From assembly GCF_009914755.1 (NCBI RefSeq), contig NC_060937.1: 64,000 nucleotides of DNA; one strand, written 5' to 3'. The stretch is from the human T2T-CHM13v2.0 reference genome, Homo sapiens. The notes beneath the pieces are model-generated. The model was not told the DNA's origin. It ran no database searches and saw only the letters and a list, made by a program, of their open reading frames with translations. A program made the position numbers and the translations under genes. Position 1 is the stretch's first letter. Each line of letters begins with the position of its first letter. Shown here piece after piece: positions 1 to 13,760 of this stretch.

Positions 1-533
1 GTACCTTTTGCTAAAATCACGTTTAGTTGAAAGTGAGAAAGCAAAGACTATTCTTTGTTTTTCCTTTCTGGTGTCAAAAGCAAAAATTAAAATCAAGGAA
101 GACACCAATACCATTAAACGTCTGTTATTTAACTCATTAAAATTGTTTGTGTCAATTGAATATTCAAAAATTATTTTCTATTTATGACTTTTATCATTTT
201 TTATCTTTCTAGAACTAAATAGTTACACTAACCTATAAATATAAACACGAAAAGTTAACTCAGCTAACTCTCTCCTCCAAAATCTTTTTTAAGTACTAAA
301 ATTCACTCAACAGAAGACAATGATAAGAAATTCACTTATGTAAGACAATTAAGGTTATTTATCCTACACTACAGTAAACCTGTTGATAGCTCTCTAAGGT
401 TTGTAGCATCTTAAACTTCAATGTACACAATGAGAACTTTTAATTTCTTTCCATTCTTTGGTATGAATTTAATGTTCATTTAGCTGTGAAACACGTGCAC
501 CTTGTGTGTTGAAATCCACTTCATCTCTTATAG

Positions 534-751
534 CAAGCTTGTCCAACCGGCCCATTGGCCACATGTAGCCCAAGATGGCTTTGAATGTAGCTCAAAACAA
601 ATTCATAAACTTTCTCAAAAAATTATGAGGGGTTTTTTTGCGATTTTTTAAAGCTCATCAGCTATGGTTAGTGTTAGTGTATTTTATGTGTGGCCCAAGA
701 CAATTATTTTTCCAAAGTCGCCCAGGGAAGCCCAAAGATTGGACACCCCTC
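534..751 (-). mobile_element. MER30 hAT-Charlie MITE
   Basis: Ends read caagcttgtccaacc...ttggacacccct, matching the reverse complement of MER30. 8-bp TSD tcttatag/tcttagag. Confidence 0.85.
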
Positions 752-847
752 TCTTAGAGAGTTTTTCTCTTTCTCACTAAGCAGTGTGCATTCTAACTAC
801 AGAGGCTCTTTTAAATATTTAGTTCCAGTTACTTAAGATTAATTTAA

Positions 848-1377
<530 letters not shown>

Positions 1378-2092
1378 ATAAATAAAACATTTTTAACAAA
1401 GCAGTTAAATCATGGTTTTAAATTTATCAAGTGGAAGCTAAACACTTTAATGATGTTATTTACCATCACCATTACAAAGAAAAGCTCATCTTTAACATTT
1501 AGAAATTTTATACATTTTCTTCTTTTCCTTTAAGTTGTATTTCCATTCGTTTTCTCCATTGAACTTTATTTGTATGTAGTGTATTATGCTTGAAAATTAA
1601 AAATCACAAAGTATTTTAATGATTATGCATCAGGCTTTTCTATAACTAATACATGTATATAAATTTTAATATATTCTATATTTTATAAACAATTGATTAA
1701 AACAACATAAATACAATACAAATCACAATGAACATAAAACGAAATTTTACTGTGAATGCATCTCTTGCATGACTTAGATGGGATTAGGTTTCCTTTTTTC
1801 AATTATTCCATATTTCATCTGGCCAGACTGATAAAGGGGTCAGTATCAATTCCGTTGCAATTTTTCATTTTAATTAATGTAATCTCTGAGAAACCTTATA
1901 TAAACAAGTTTTGTTATTGTAGTGTCACTAAATTTTTAAAAAGTTTATGAGCTCTCTGTCAAAATCACATAACCATCTATCCTTAAAAGTTACTTTTTTA
2001 TATGCTATCAGCTGTCTACTTTATTAAGTTCTCTTCCAAACTTGTTGAAAGCAAAGAATTGGAAACCACCTAAAGCGTAAAAGAATTTTGTG

Positions 2093-2380
2093 AGCCGGGC
2101 GCGGTGACTCACGCCTGTAATCCCAGCACTTTGGGAGGCCGAGGCAAGCCAATCACACGGTGGAGACCAGCCTGGCCAACATGGCGAAACCCCGTCTCTA
2201 CTGAAAATACAAAAATTAGCTGGGTGTGGTGGCGGGCGCCTGTAATTCCAGCTATTAGAGAGGCTGCAGCAGGGGAATCAATTGAATCCAGGAGGCGGAG
2301 ATTGCAGAGAGCCCAGATCTCGCCGTGCCACTGCACTCCAGCGTGGGCGACAGAGAGAGACTCCGTCTCAAAAAAAAAAA
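2093..2380 (+). mobile_element. AluS with small left-arm deletion
   Basis: Alu dimer with poly-A and TSD agaattttgt. The ctgaggtcaggagttc segment is missing or rearranged. Confidence 0.9.
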
Positions 2381-4306
2381 TAGAATTTTGTTTGTGTCCT
2401 ATCATTCCCTTACTCAATTTCTAGGAACGAAATAAAAAAGTCTTTGCCAACACTTATCAAATGATTATTAAATAGTTCTGTCGTTCTTTCACCTGGAAAT
2501 ATTTAGTTTAGCCCAAAAGACTCAAAAGAGTTGAGAAAATAAAAATATTGTTAATTTTGCAAATATAATGTTAATTGCACATATAATGTTTTAAGTAAAA
2601 GTTTTATATTATTATACTTTTAAAATATATTTTCATCGCAACTTGGACCTGCGGATTTAGCTTACATGATTTACAGAAAATAAGTATCATATCTAATTGA
2701 TAGAACCATCCTCACTGTCAAATTAATCAACAAAATTAGACTTATATTCTTACAAAAACAAAAAGTCAGAACACCATTTTCAATTCAAATATATATAATA
2801 GGAGTTTCAGGGAATTATATAAATAAAAAACACTGACCAAGACGGACACTTAATTTGTAATAATGCAATCCAAGGTGTGTAGCTAACATTTTAAGTTATA
2901 TATAGACTGAGAAGGATAATACACAGTGTAGTGGTCCTCTGGTGTGCAGATTTGAGGAACAATTAAAAATAATAATTGAGTATCAAAGTTATAGCTAAAG
3001 CCATTAATTTCATCGGACTTTATAATAATTTTGTTCCTGTTTATTTATAAAAGAGAAAGGTATATATTGCTAAATCATACCTGGATAGCAATCTGAAATA
3101 AGAAGAAAATTAAGATTGACTAAAGATAACTCTTTACGATTAAATTTTAAAAACTAAATAAATAAGTAGGTTTTTATTAGTTCAGTGTCTCTTATAAATA
3201 CTCTTTAGTTGTATGAATAGAGAGACTTTCCCTCAATAGAATCATATATTTGTTCAAAATAAGTTTAATTAGTTAGCAAATGAGTAAAATAAACATTGTT
3301 CTCATAACCTTATTAAAGAATTTATCTGAATTTAAAGCATCAAATAGGGACCTCCTTTCTTACGCCTGGCTTCTCCAAGAACCCAAAAATGGAATACAGG
3401 AAGGACAAGCAGCTCCCGAGTTCTGTGGTGCTCTGATTAATCATTACAAGAGGCTTGTATAAAATAAATTGTATGCCCCAAAGCCCTACTCCACAGATAG
3501 ATTTGGGATGGAAGAGGACACATCTTGTTTTCCATAGTGGAAGAAGGGTTATCATGAACTCAGGCAGGATCTCAGTCAGACTAATTTAGGAAAGAATACC
3601 AGAACTTGATAATCCAAAAACAGATTTCCTTAAAACCATTCAACCTGATTATTATTCTCACATACTCTCAGTCTCAAGGCACCTGGTATAAATGATGACT
3701 GGAGCCAGTTGTAAGTGAAGATGCATGCACTGCAAGAGGGGTGGGGCCAGTGGTGAACCAGAGGGTGCCAAGGGCCAGGTCTAAAAGGCTGCATTGGGAA
3801 TAGAGAAAGTGTTGGCTTATCTTCAGATTTTAAGAAAATCTAGAAATCTCAATTTTTATTTCAAATAATCTAACTTTAAACTGTTGACTCAAAAACTTTG
3901 AAAAAAATTCTATGCACACCCAACAGAACACTTACTGCTACTTTTTGCTTTCTGCCATTGATAGTTTTCTTGTTGTTGCTCTTATTGTTGTTTTCGGCTT
4001 AAAATAAACACATTTTATTTCAAAGTATAAAAATATAAAGATGATAACTGTATAAGAATTTTATGTCATTTCTTATATATAAATATTACAGATGTTCAAG
4101 GTCAACTATAAATGAAATTAATGAAATTCAGAATAAATCTTGGTAGCTGTCATCTAGAAAATTCATTCATTCAGCAGTCATTGCTGAGTATCTTATTTGC
4201 AGGGACATACTAGGCACCCTCAAAATTCAAATTAAAAAATACATGAATCTTTAACACAGAAGATAAAGCTTAAAAATAAATAGCAATAAAGTTGATATGC
4301 CTTATG

Positions 4307-4362
4307 AATTAGAAAGGCATTTTTGAAATGCCTTTCTAATTAGAAAGGCTTATTTTGAAAGC
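4307..4362. repeat. Overlapping palindromes (micro inverted triplication)
   Basis: aattagaaaggcattt-ttg-aaatgcctttctaatt (16-bp arms) overlaps the perfect 20-bp palindrome gcctttctaattagaaaggc. Confidence 0.9.
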
Positions 4363-5334
4363 AGGAATATGGACTCAAAGAGAAATATATGATTATTCCA
4401 ACTAGAGTGTAGTATTCATTAATAGTTTCTTTTTTAAAAAGTATCTTCTGCTTTAAAAAATTGATGTATTTGAATCTCTAACAGTGTTAGATTATGAGTA
4501 CTAAATATTTCTGCACAATATTTAGACAAAGAAAGCCAACAGAAAGAGAAAACAACTGCTACCAGTCTTGAAAACACCAGCGTTTTTCTGACATATATTG
4601 TATAAGTTATGGAAATAAACTTTTTATATCCAATAGAAATTTGACATATCCTATACTCTAAAATATGAATACTATTGTATAAGTGTACCCTTTCATAAAA
4701 ATCATGCTAATAAAAGACAATGGCAGGATATATAAAATTTCCATTGCCTTTCAAGTTGCAGGCATTCGAAAATATTAAGTAACAGCAAACTGAGGGAAAG
4801 GGAAATAATCTTGAGCTCCCAATTCTGCAAGGAGAAACAAAAAAAAAGTTGACAGCTTTTATCCTTTTATTTATCCAGGCTGTATACAGCAGTGCTGAGG
4901 AGCACAGGGTTGATCATCAGACAGACTTTGCTAATCAGCCTGGGTTTTAATCTAGGCTCTAATTCTTAACAGTGGAGCCAGCTTTTCAAAGGGTTAGGTT
5001 TCAAAGTCAGTGAATAAGATGAAAATAAGGTATGCAAATTAAGCCACATTGGAAAACAACTCACTATCTCTTAATAAATCATAATTTCCAATTTTTTTCC
5101 TGCTTTGTTTCTTCCATTGAGTACCAGATAAGCTAGTTAGTGTATGTTTAAAAAATAAATAAACTCTAGTTTTTCACTCAGTGTTGACAGTGGAAAGGCG
5201 AGTGAAATCACCTGTATTATTTAATTTGTCATTTTGCTTTATCACATCTTCCTCCTTACAAGTATTACTGAATTCATGTGAGATTACTGACTATGCACAT
5301 GTAATCCCACATCATGGTAAAGCCAGACAAGCTT

Positions 5335-5470
5335 CCTTAACAGTAAAATAATGAAAGTAACAACTCTTTCACCGAGATATTGAGAGGATTAAATGAGACA
5401 ATATACATAAAATACTTAAGAGTGTGCCTGTCACATAGTAGTCACTTAATAAATTATAGTTATCATTAAT
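5335..5470 (+). mobile_element. MIR fragment
   Basis: MIR core gaggattaaatgagacaatatacataaaatacttaag...gcctgtcacatagta. Confidence 0.75.
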
Positions 5471-5639
5471 TTAGTTCAGCACATAATTTTTCTTACAAAT
5501 AAATATTAATGATAACAACAAGGTATTACCCTTCAAGTTTGAAGGAAGGGTCAAAGATCTGCTCCTGCTCCGAAACATGCACAAGGCTATTTTCATAAGG
5601 GGAATGATACCATCAGGGTTATGTTTTAGAAGGATGAAC

Positions 5640-5990
5640 TGATACAGCCTCTGTTTGCCTCTCCAAATCCACTCTATGTCTTTTCCACCCTGCTTTGTGC
5701 CCGGGAAGGCTGACCTTTGTGGACTCCATCAACTGGTCTCCCTGGCTTCCAGTTTTGGTTTGTCCAATGAAGGACAATGGCAGGAGACTGAAGAGTGAGA
5801 GGAAGGTGAAGTCAGTGTTTGTTCCCCATTTCCCTCCAGGCAATGGTTCAGCAATGGCTGTGCTGAACCATGGTCTCTATCAAAGCCTACAGCTCTTGTC
5901 ACCTGGCCTCCTATAGCTAGAACTTTCTCTTTTCTACTTGTGGTAGGTGCTTGGTACCCTGCCCTCAGGTAACTGCTTCCCTTCGTTGCA
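5640..5990 (+). mobile_element. LTR33-like ERVL LTR fragment
   Basis: ccctgctttgtgcccgggaaggctgacc...ccctggcttccagttttggtttgtccaatg resembles LTR33. Confidence 0.6.
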
Positions 5991-6329
5991 TGAAGATTGA
6001 TTGTAAAAGAAGACTGGAAGTAGAGAGAATGGTTACAAAGTACTTGTAGGTAGGAAATAATTAAGAGCTGACCAAAGTAGTGGATGATGAATCAGAGAAA
6101 ACAAGACAGAAATAAGATACATTTCGAAAATATCTAATATAGGAGAGAAAAGCAACTATAACTAATTGGGTGAAAGAGCAAGGGATAAAATAAGTCTAAG
6201 AGGATGTCCACGTATTTTACTTCAGCAAATGAATAAAGACTGATACCATTCGCAGAGACAGCAAAGTAACATCATCTGATTTGCTCCCCCAACAACTCCT
6301 GGTTTCTATTATCACACTTTTCAAAATTG

Positions 6330-6850
6330 ATCATTTGCTTCTTTGAGATACCTTTTGTATTTATCCAGTATTTGCTGGACAGCATAATTATATGAGATTT
6401 ATCTGCATTGAGGCATGTATTCCTTTTTAGTGCTGAGTAGTATTTTATTGTGTAAACCACAGTTGTTTATACATTCACTGGTTGATGGACATTGGAGTTG
6501 TTTCCTGGCTTTCACTGTTACAAATAAGACTACTATGAACACTAATGCACAAGTCATTGAGGCTTGCATTTTTCTTACAGAAATATCTAGAATTTAAATG
6601 GCTTGGTTATATACAGGTATATCTATAACTGTTTAAGAAATTGCCAAAATGGTTTTCCAAAGTGGTTTCACCATTTTACATCCCATAAGCAATGTGTAAG
6701 GTTTACAGTTTCTCCATCTTTTTACCAACACTTGATAAGGTCATTCCTTTTAATTTTAGGTATTGTAATGGGTTTGCAGAAATAGTACATTGTATATTTA
6801 TGTTGTATTTTCCTAACGAATAATGATGTTGAGCATCTAGTTATGTGCTT
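6330..6850 (-). mobile_element. Old L1M (L1MB/MC-like) 3' region
   Basis: Antisense L1 3' motifs: gttgatggacattggagttgtttcc, ttgccaaaatggttttccaaagtgg, aatgatgttgagcatc. Confidence 0.8.
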
Positions 6851-9800
6851 ATCTGTTCATGTCATTTGCCCACTTTTTCATGGGATCGCGTTTTTTCTTG
6901 TTGAGTTGTTTGAGTTTCTTGTCAACCTTGGATATAAGTCCTTTGTTCAATGCACAGTTTGAAAATATTTTCTCCCATTCTGTAGGTTGTCTGTTTACTC
7001 TGTTGATTATCTCTTTTGCTCTGCAGAAGCCTTTTAGTTTAGTTCACTCCCACTTATCTATTTTTGGTTTTGTTGCATTTGCTTTTGAGGTCTTAGTCTT
7101 AAATTTTTTGCTTAGTCCAATGTCTTAAGAGTTTTTCTTAGGATTTCTTTCAGGGTTTTTGTATTTTCATGTCTTACATTTAAGGCTTTAATCCATCTTG
7201 AGTTAATTTTTGTATATGGTGAGAAATATGGATCCAGTTTTTTTTCTTCCGCATATGCCAATTTTCACCGGGTGTCCTTTCCCCATTGTGTTTTTTTTTT
7301 TTTTTTTGGCTTTATCAAAGATCATTTTATTGTAGGTTCTCTATTTTGTTCCACTTATCTATATGTCTACTTTTGTGTCAGTGCTATGCTGTTTTGGTTA
7401 CAATAGTCTTGTAGCATAATTTGAAATCAGGTAATGTGATGCCTCCACCTTTGTTATTTTTGCTTAGGATTGTTTGGACTATCTGGGCTCTTTTTTGGTT
7501 CCATACGAATTTTAGGATTATTTTTTCTAATTCTGTGGCAAGTGATATTGGTAATTAGATAGGAATTGCACTGAGTCTTACATTGCTTTAGAATATGTGA
7601 CCATTTTAATGACATTGATTCTTTCAATCCATGAGCATGAGATGTTTTTCCATTTGTGTTATCTACTATTTCTTTTATTGGTGTTCTGTAATTCTCCTTG
7701 TAGAGATCTTTTACCTCTTTGGTTAGCTGTACTCCAAAGTATTTTATTTAATTTTTTGTGGTTACTATAAATGAGACTGAGTTCTTGATTTGCTTCTGAG
7801 ATTGAACGTTATTGATGTGTAGAAATGCTACTGATTTTTGTACATTAAGTTTGTAACCTGAAACTTGACTGAAGTCATTTATCAAGTCTAGGAGTCATTT
7901 GGAGGGGTGTTTAGTGTTTTCCAGGTATAAGATCATGTCATCAGTGAACAGAGATAATTTGACTTCCTCTTTTCCAATTTGGATGTTTTTTGTTTGGTTT
8001 TTGTTTTTGTTTTTGTTTTATTTCTTTCCCTTGCCTGGTTGCTCTGGTTAGGATTTCCAGTACGATGTTGAATATTATTTGAATCTTCTCTCTTTTTTCT
8101 TGGTTAGTAGAGCTAGCAGTCTATTGATTTTCTTTATCTTTTCAAAGAAACAACTTTTTATTTCATTGATCCTTTGTATTTTTTTGTCTCAATCTCAGTC
8201 CTGCTCCGATCTTTTTTATTTCTTTTCTTCTTTGTCTAGCTCCTTGAAGTATGACATTAGGTTGTTAACTTAATTTTTTTCTATCTTTTTTATGTAGATA
8301 TTTTGCTATAAACTTTCCTCTTAGCACTGTTTTTGCTATATCTTAGAGGTTTTGCTATGTTGTGTCTCTATTTTTATTCGTTTCAAAAATTTTTTTGATT
8401 TCTGCTTTAATTTCATCATTTACCTGAAGATCATTCAGGAGCAAGTTGTTTGGTCTCCAAGTGTTTCTATAGCTTTCAGAGTTTCTGGTGGTATTGATTT
8501 CTAATTTTATTCCACTGTAGTCTGAAAAGATATGCAACGTGATTTCAGGTTTTTAAAAAACTTATTGAGATTTTCTTTATGGCCAAGCATATGGTTTATT
8601 TTCAAGAATGTTCCATGCCCAGATGAGAAAAATGTTTACTCTACAATTGTTTTGTGGAATATTCTGTAAATGTCTATTAGGTCCTTTTGGTCTGGCAACC
8701 AGTTTAAGTCCAGAGTTTCTTTGTGGATTTTCTGCCTTAGTGATCTGCCTAGTGCTCTCAGTGGTGTTTTGAAGACTTCAGTATTATTGAACTGCTCTCT
8801 GTCTCTTTACTTAGGTCTAGGAGGATTTGTTTCATGAAGCTGGGTGGACTGCTGTTGGGTACATATAAATTTATAATGGTTATATCTTCATGTTGAATTG
8901 AACCCTTTAACATTATATAATAATCTTATCTTTTTAACTTTCATTGATTTAAGGTCTGTTCAATGTGATATAAGTATAGCTACTCCTGCTTGTTTTTGTC
9001 TTATGTTTGTCTGGTATATCTTTTTCACCCCTTTATTTTGAGTCTGTGTGTGTATTTATCTGTTAGGTGGGTCTCTTGTCGGCAGCAAATGGTTGAATCT
9101 TGTTGTGTTTTGTTCTATCCAATTTTCCAGTCTATACCTATTAACTGGAGCATTTAGGCCATTTACGTTCAAGGCTAATATTGATATGTGAGGTTTTGTT
9201 CCTGTCATAATGTTGTTACCTAGTTGCTTTGTAATCTTGATTGTGTAATTTCTTTGTAGGGTGTGACCTTTGTACTTATGTGTGCTTTTATAATCCTGAG
9301 TACATCCTTTCCCTTCATTTTTATGTTTAGAATTCATTTGAGCATTTCTTGGAGAGCCAGTGTACTGGTAATAAATTCCATTAGCATTTGCTTATCTGAG
9401 AAAGATTTCATTTCTCCCTCATTGATGAAGCTTAGTTTAGCAGGATATGAAATTCTTGGCTGGCATTGTTTTCTTCAAAGAGGCTGACAATAGGACCCCA
9501 GTCCTTTCTGGCTTTTAAGGTTTCTGCTGAGAAGTCAACTGTTAGTCTAATGGGATTTCCTTTATAGGTGCTTTGATGCTTCTCTCCAGCTGCTTTTAGG
9601 ATGTATTCCTTCATGTCAATTTTGGATAGCCTCACGAACATATGCTTTGATGAGCCTTGTCTTGCAGAGATTATTCCAAATGTTCTTTGAAGTTCCCGTA
9701 TCTGGATATCTAATTATTTATCTAGAACTGGGAAGTTTTCTTGATCATTTTGTCAAATACATCTTCCAAATTTTCTATTTTTTACTTCTTCTCCCTAGGA

Positions 9801-12200
9801 ATGCTTATAAGTTATAGTTTTGGTCACTTTACATAATCCCATATTTCTTGAAGGCTTTTTCATTTTTAAAATTCATTTCTCTTTATTTTTGTCTGACGGG
9901 GTTAATTCAAATAATGGGTCTTCAAACTCTAAAATTCTTTCCTACACGTGGTCTACTCTGTTGTTAAATTTTCTACTATATTTTATAATTCTTCCAATAA
10001 ATTTTTCTTTTCCATAAGTCCTGTTTTTTTATGTATCTATCTCTTTAGCAAATTTTTCATTCCTATCCTGTTTTCACAATTTCTTTGTTTTGATTTTCAA
10101 CTTTGTCTTGGATATCATTGAGCTTCTTTATGATCTGTATTTTGAATTATTTATCTGTCATTTCAGAGTTTTCATTTTGCTTATGATCCATTGCTAGAGA
10201 TCTAGTGTGATTCTTTGGGGCGTCTAAACACTCTGTCTTTTTTTTTAATTTTAGATTCAGGGATACATGTGCTTGTTTGTTACATGGATAGTACATGCTT
10301 AATAGTGGAGATTGAGCTTCTAGTGCACCCATCACCCAAATATTAAACATGTATCCAAGAGGTAATTTTTCAACCCTAACTCCTCTCTCACCCTCTCTCC
10401 TTTCAAAGTTCACAGGACACACTGTCTTTTTGTACTGCTAGAGTTTTTACAATGATTCCTTCTTATTTGAAGAAGCTGTCACTTCTTATATTTGAATTTG
10501 CTTTCATTTGGATTGGATTTTTAAATTTGTATTATCCTCTCCCTTGAGGTTATAACTGTAATGTATGTTGTGTGTCATCATTTGGCTTCAAGACTGGGCA
10601 CTTTCAGGGGACCAAGACTCCCTATGAGTTCCTTGGTTGTAGATGACTTTTGCATAAGTGGTTTTCTCAAATTCTGGTTGTTGTAACAATGTATGGAGTG
10701 TATAAGCCAACTAACTGTCTTCCACAGGGCTGCAGATGTCTCAGCAAGCTTATCTAGTTCCTTAGCACTATGCCCTTGTGTCAGTAGGTTTTTCTTTTGG
10801 TTGTGCATTTCAGTCTCCAGCCCAGTACGTGGCACTTACAAGTAAGAGCTGACTCTTCCTCGGATACCCCAATAATGAATGAAATCACTTGTCTTGACAG
10901 GGATTGGGGGGATACCTCCTGGTGGGATGCTCTGACATCTTTGTAGGGGGTGTGCAAGAGGGGGCTGCATCAGTTTCTCATCCTGCCAGGAAGAAACATG
11001 ATCCACTTCCCTATCAGACCCCATCCCAGGGCTTACAACCTTCAGTTCACATAAGTACTGTCTTTTACTTCCAGGCCACAGTGCAACTGAGGTCTGTGAA
11101 AAATGCGTATCCCACAACTACCACTGAAATGGCTTCAGGGTGGAACCTCTTTCCTCAGCCCAAAACAGACAGCCCTCAGCTGGTCTACATGCCACTGCAG
11201 GAACACTGCCACTCTGCATAGAAAGGGAGAGATGAATCCTTCCCTTTGTGCAAGCCTGGGCCAGTGGGCTCACTTTCAGTGGGGGTACATCACCCTGCAT
11301 GGCACTGGAAGGACTTTCTCCAAGTCCACCCATGCCAGCTCCCAGTAGGAGAGGTCACAGTTGTGTCCATAACAGTGGACAGGGGGAGCAGGAGAAGACT
11401 TCCTCTCCATGTTAATTCCTGGCCAATGGTGCTGCTTGCTGCTGAGGCAGAACAAACCTTCTCGGCTTCAGAGACTAGCACCACACCCATGTCTCCATTG
11501 GGAGGGGTCCAGTCACTGTCTGGTCACAAGCAGGAGGGCTCTCATGCAGGGAAAAGCAGACAATCTGGTTTCCTTTGTTTCAAGAGGTCTTTTAGTGGAC
11601 TGCAATTCCCCTTCCTCTAGGAGAAGCCCATGCTGAGAGCTAGATCTCCGGGGATTCCACAGCTCCCCAGGGTGCTGCCAGTCCCTTGTGGCTGCCACAG
11701 AGTGGGTTCTGAGAAGTGTTTGTGGGGGATCTAGTGATGCAGAGAAACATAAGCTGAGATTTCCTTGGCAGGATAGTGGTCCACAATGTTTGCACAGCAA
11801 TATGGCACTGGTCACCTCACCTTGCATTTGAAGGAAGAGCCAGCAAACTTGTGCAAGATGGCTGCCCTGTGATCTGCTTTCCAGAAGTTCACAAACTGCC
11901 ACTCACAGCAGTGCCTCTCAGGGACAGAGGGGTTCTCTGACAATTCAGCAGTCAGCAGTTTACCGCTGGGATGTGGGAATAAACATACACCCCCATCTAC
12001 CCTTTCCATGGGACTCCAATTTCCTCAGGGATTAATCTTTGCCAGACTCTTGCTGCTTTGCTTTTCTGCACCTCAGCTTCTTCCTGTGAGTTCTCTGACG
12101 GGTTCCAACTCCTTTCCCTCAGCACTCCACTCAGGCCATGATCATTCTCCCGTAACTTTAGACCTTCTTTCTGACAACTGGTATACAACGTCTCTAGTAA
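6851..12200 (-). mobile_element. L1 (L1PB/L1MA-era) with ORF2, ORF1 and GC-richer 5'UTR; internally deleted
   Basis: Minus-strand ORF remnants: endonuclease start (HISILALNVNGLNAP, 9056-9337), endonuclease end ([12 protein letters not shown], 8355-8537) and ORF1 (YKGNPIRLTVDFSAETL, 9432-9641). 5'UTR-like sequence at about 10500-12200. ORF2 jumps at about 8075. Confidence 0.9.
10238..10416 (-). mobile_element. Short 5'-truncated L1 (L1PB/L1PA15-16-like 3' end) nested in the L1 ORF1
   Basis: Poly-T followed by ttagattcagggatacatgtgc...cacccatcacccaaat. TSD acactctgtcttttt/acacactgtcttttt. Confidence 0.8.
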
Positions 12201-12319
12201 GCCACGGTTTAGGAGACCGGAAAGTCCAATTTCCAAGCAGATTCAGTGTCTGGTGAGGGCCGTCTTCCTGGCTCATAAAAGATGTCTTCTACCTGTGTCC
12301 TCATATTGTACAGAGCCAT

Positions 12320-13760
12320 ATGCCCTCTTTAGTGAAGTGTCTGTTCAAATCTCTTGCCCATAAAATCGGGGCTTTTTTGCTTGTTTTCCAACTGAATTTT
12401 GAGAATTCATTAAATATTCTGGATCCATATCTTTATTAGACATACGATTTGCAGATATTTTCTTCCAGTTTGAGGCTTATCTTTTCATTCTTTTACCATG
12501 TTTTTGGAAGCGGAGAAGATCTTAATCTTGGTGAAGTCCGATTTATCACATTTTTGTTTTATGAATCGTGCTTTCATATCACAGCTAAAAACTCTCTCCG
12601 TCAAGAGTACGATAATTTCCTCCTGTGCTTCCTTCTAAAAGTTTTATAGTTTTAGAACTTATATTTAAGTCAATGATAAATTTTGAGTTAAATTTTGAAA
12701 TTGTATGAGGTAAGATTATACTTAACTTTCTTATTTTTTACCTATGGAATATCCATGTGTTTCAGTATTAATTTTTGAAAAGACTATCCTTTCTAAACTT
12801 TTTCAAGAATCAGTTGATAATATGTGTGAGTGTATTTCTGGACGCTATTCTGTATTATGATTCAATTTGTCTATCTTTACTCCAATACTACACTGTCTTG
12901 ATTACTATCGTTTTTAAGTCTTGAAGACAGGTAATTTCAGCCATCCAACTTTGTTCTTTTTCAAAGAGTTTAGTTCTCTACATTTTCGTATAAATTTAAG
13001 AATCAGGTTAACAACTTCTACAAAAAAGCCTCCAGGACTTCAAGTGGGACAATGTTGAATCTATAGAACAATTTAGGGAGAACTGATATATTAATAATAC
13101 TTGAGTTTTCCAATCCATTAATATGGCATATGTCTTCATTTATTAAATATTTTAGAATAATCTCAATAATGTTTTGTAGTTTTCAGTGTACAGATCTTGC
13201 ACACCTTTTTCAGGTTTATCCTTAAACATAAACAACTTGTATTGCGATTATGAAAATAATTTTTTTAATTTTAATTTCCAAGTCTCCATTACTAATATAT
13301 TTTGGGAGACAATTCTCCAAGAATATTTTTACGGTCCAGGCCATCTGAAGAAAGGGTGCTACAAGATGTTTGCATAACTGCCTAAAAAGCTAAAGATAGT
13401 GTTTCTTCTCTTCAGTTCTCTTCAATGTTCTGAAAGAGCCTGTGTGTAGATGGCATTTCCTCTCTAAATGTTTTCAAGGATTTACCAGTGAAGCTCTATG
13501 GGCCTGGAACTATATTTACAGAAAGGCTGGTAACTAAAAGTTCAATTCTATAGTGAAGGCAGGGCTACTTGTGTATCAATTTATTTTTGAGTGAACTGTG
13601 GTAATTTTTACCTTTCTAGGAACTTACTCACTTTATCTGTTTTGTTGAGTCCATTGGCATAAAGTGGCTCATAATATTTCCTTATAACTTTTTTAATAAC
13701 TTTGAAATATCACGTAAAAGAACGTTATAAACACTCTCATTCCTGAGGTTTTCTCATAGT
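12320..13760 (-). mobile_element. Old L1M ORF2 continuation (contains an LTR40-like fragment at about 13300-13410)
   Basis: Resumes at gaagtgtctgttcaaatctcttgccca with degenerate antisense ORF2 motifs. tgggagacaattctcca resembles the LTR40 5' end. Confidence 0.75.

Noticed and set aside
10578-12256. Dense cluster of overlapping ORFs on both strands
   Set aside because: They fall in a GC-richer L1 5'UTR where stop codons are rarer, and no domain is recognisable.
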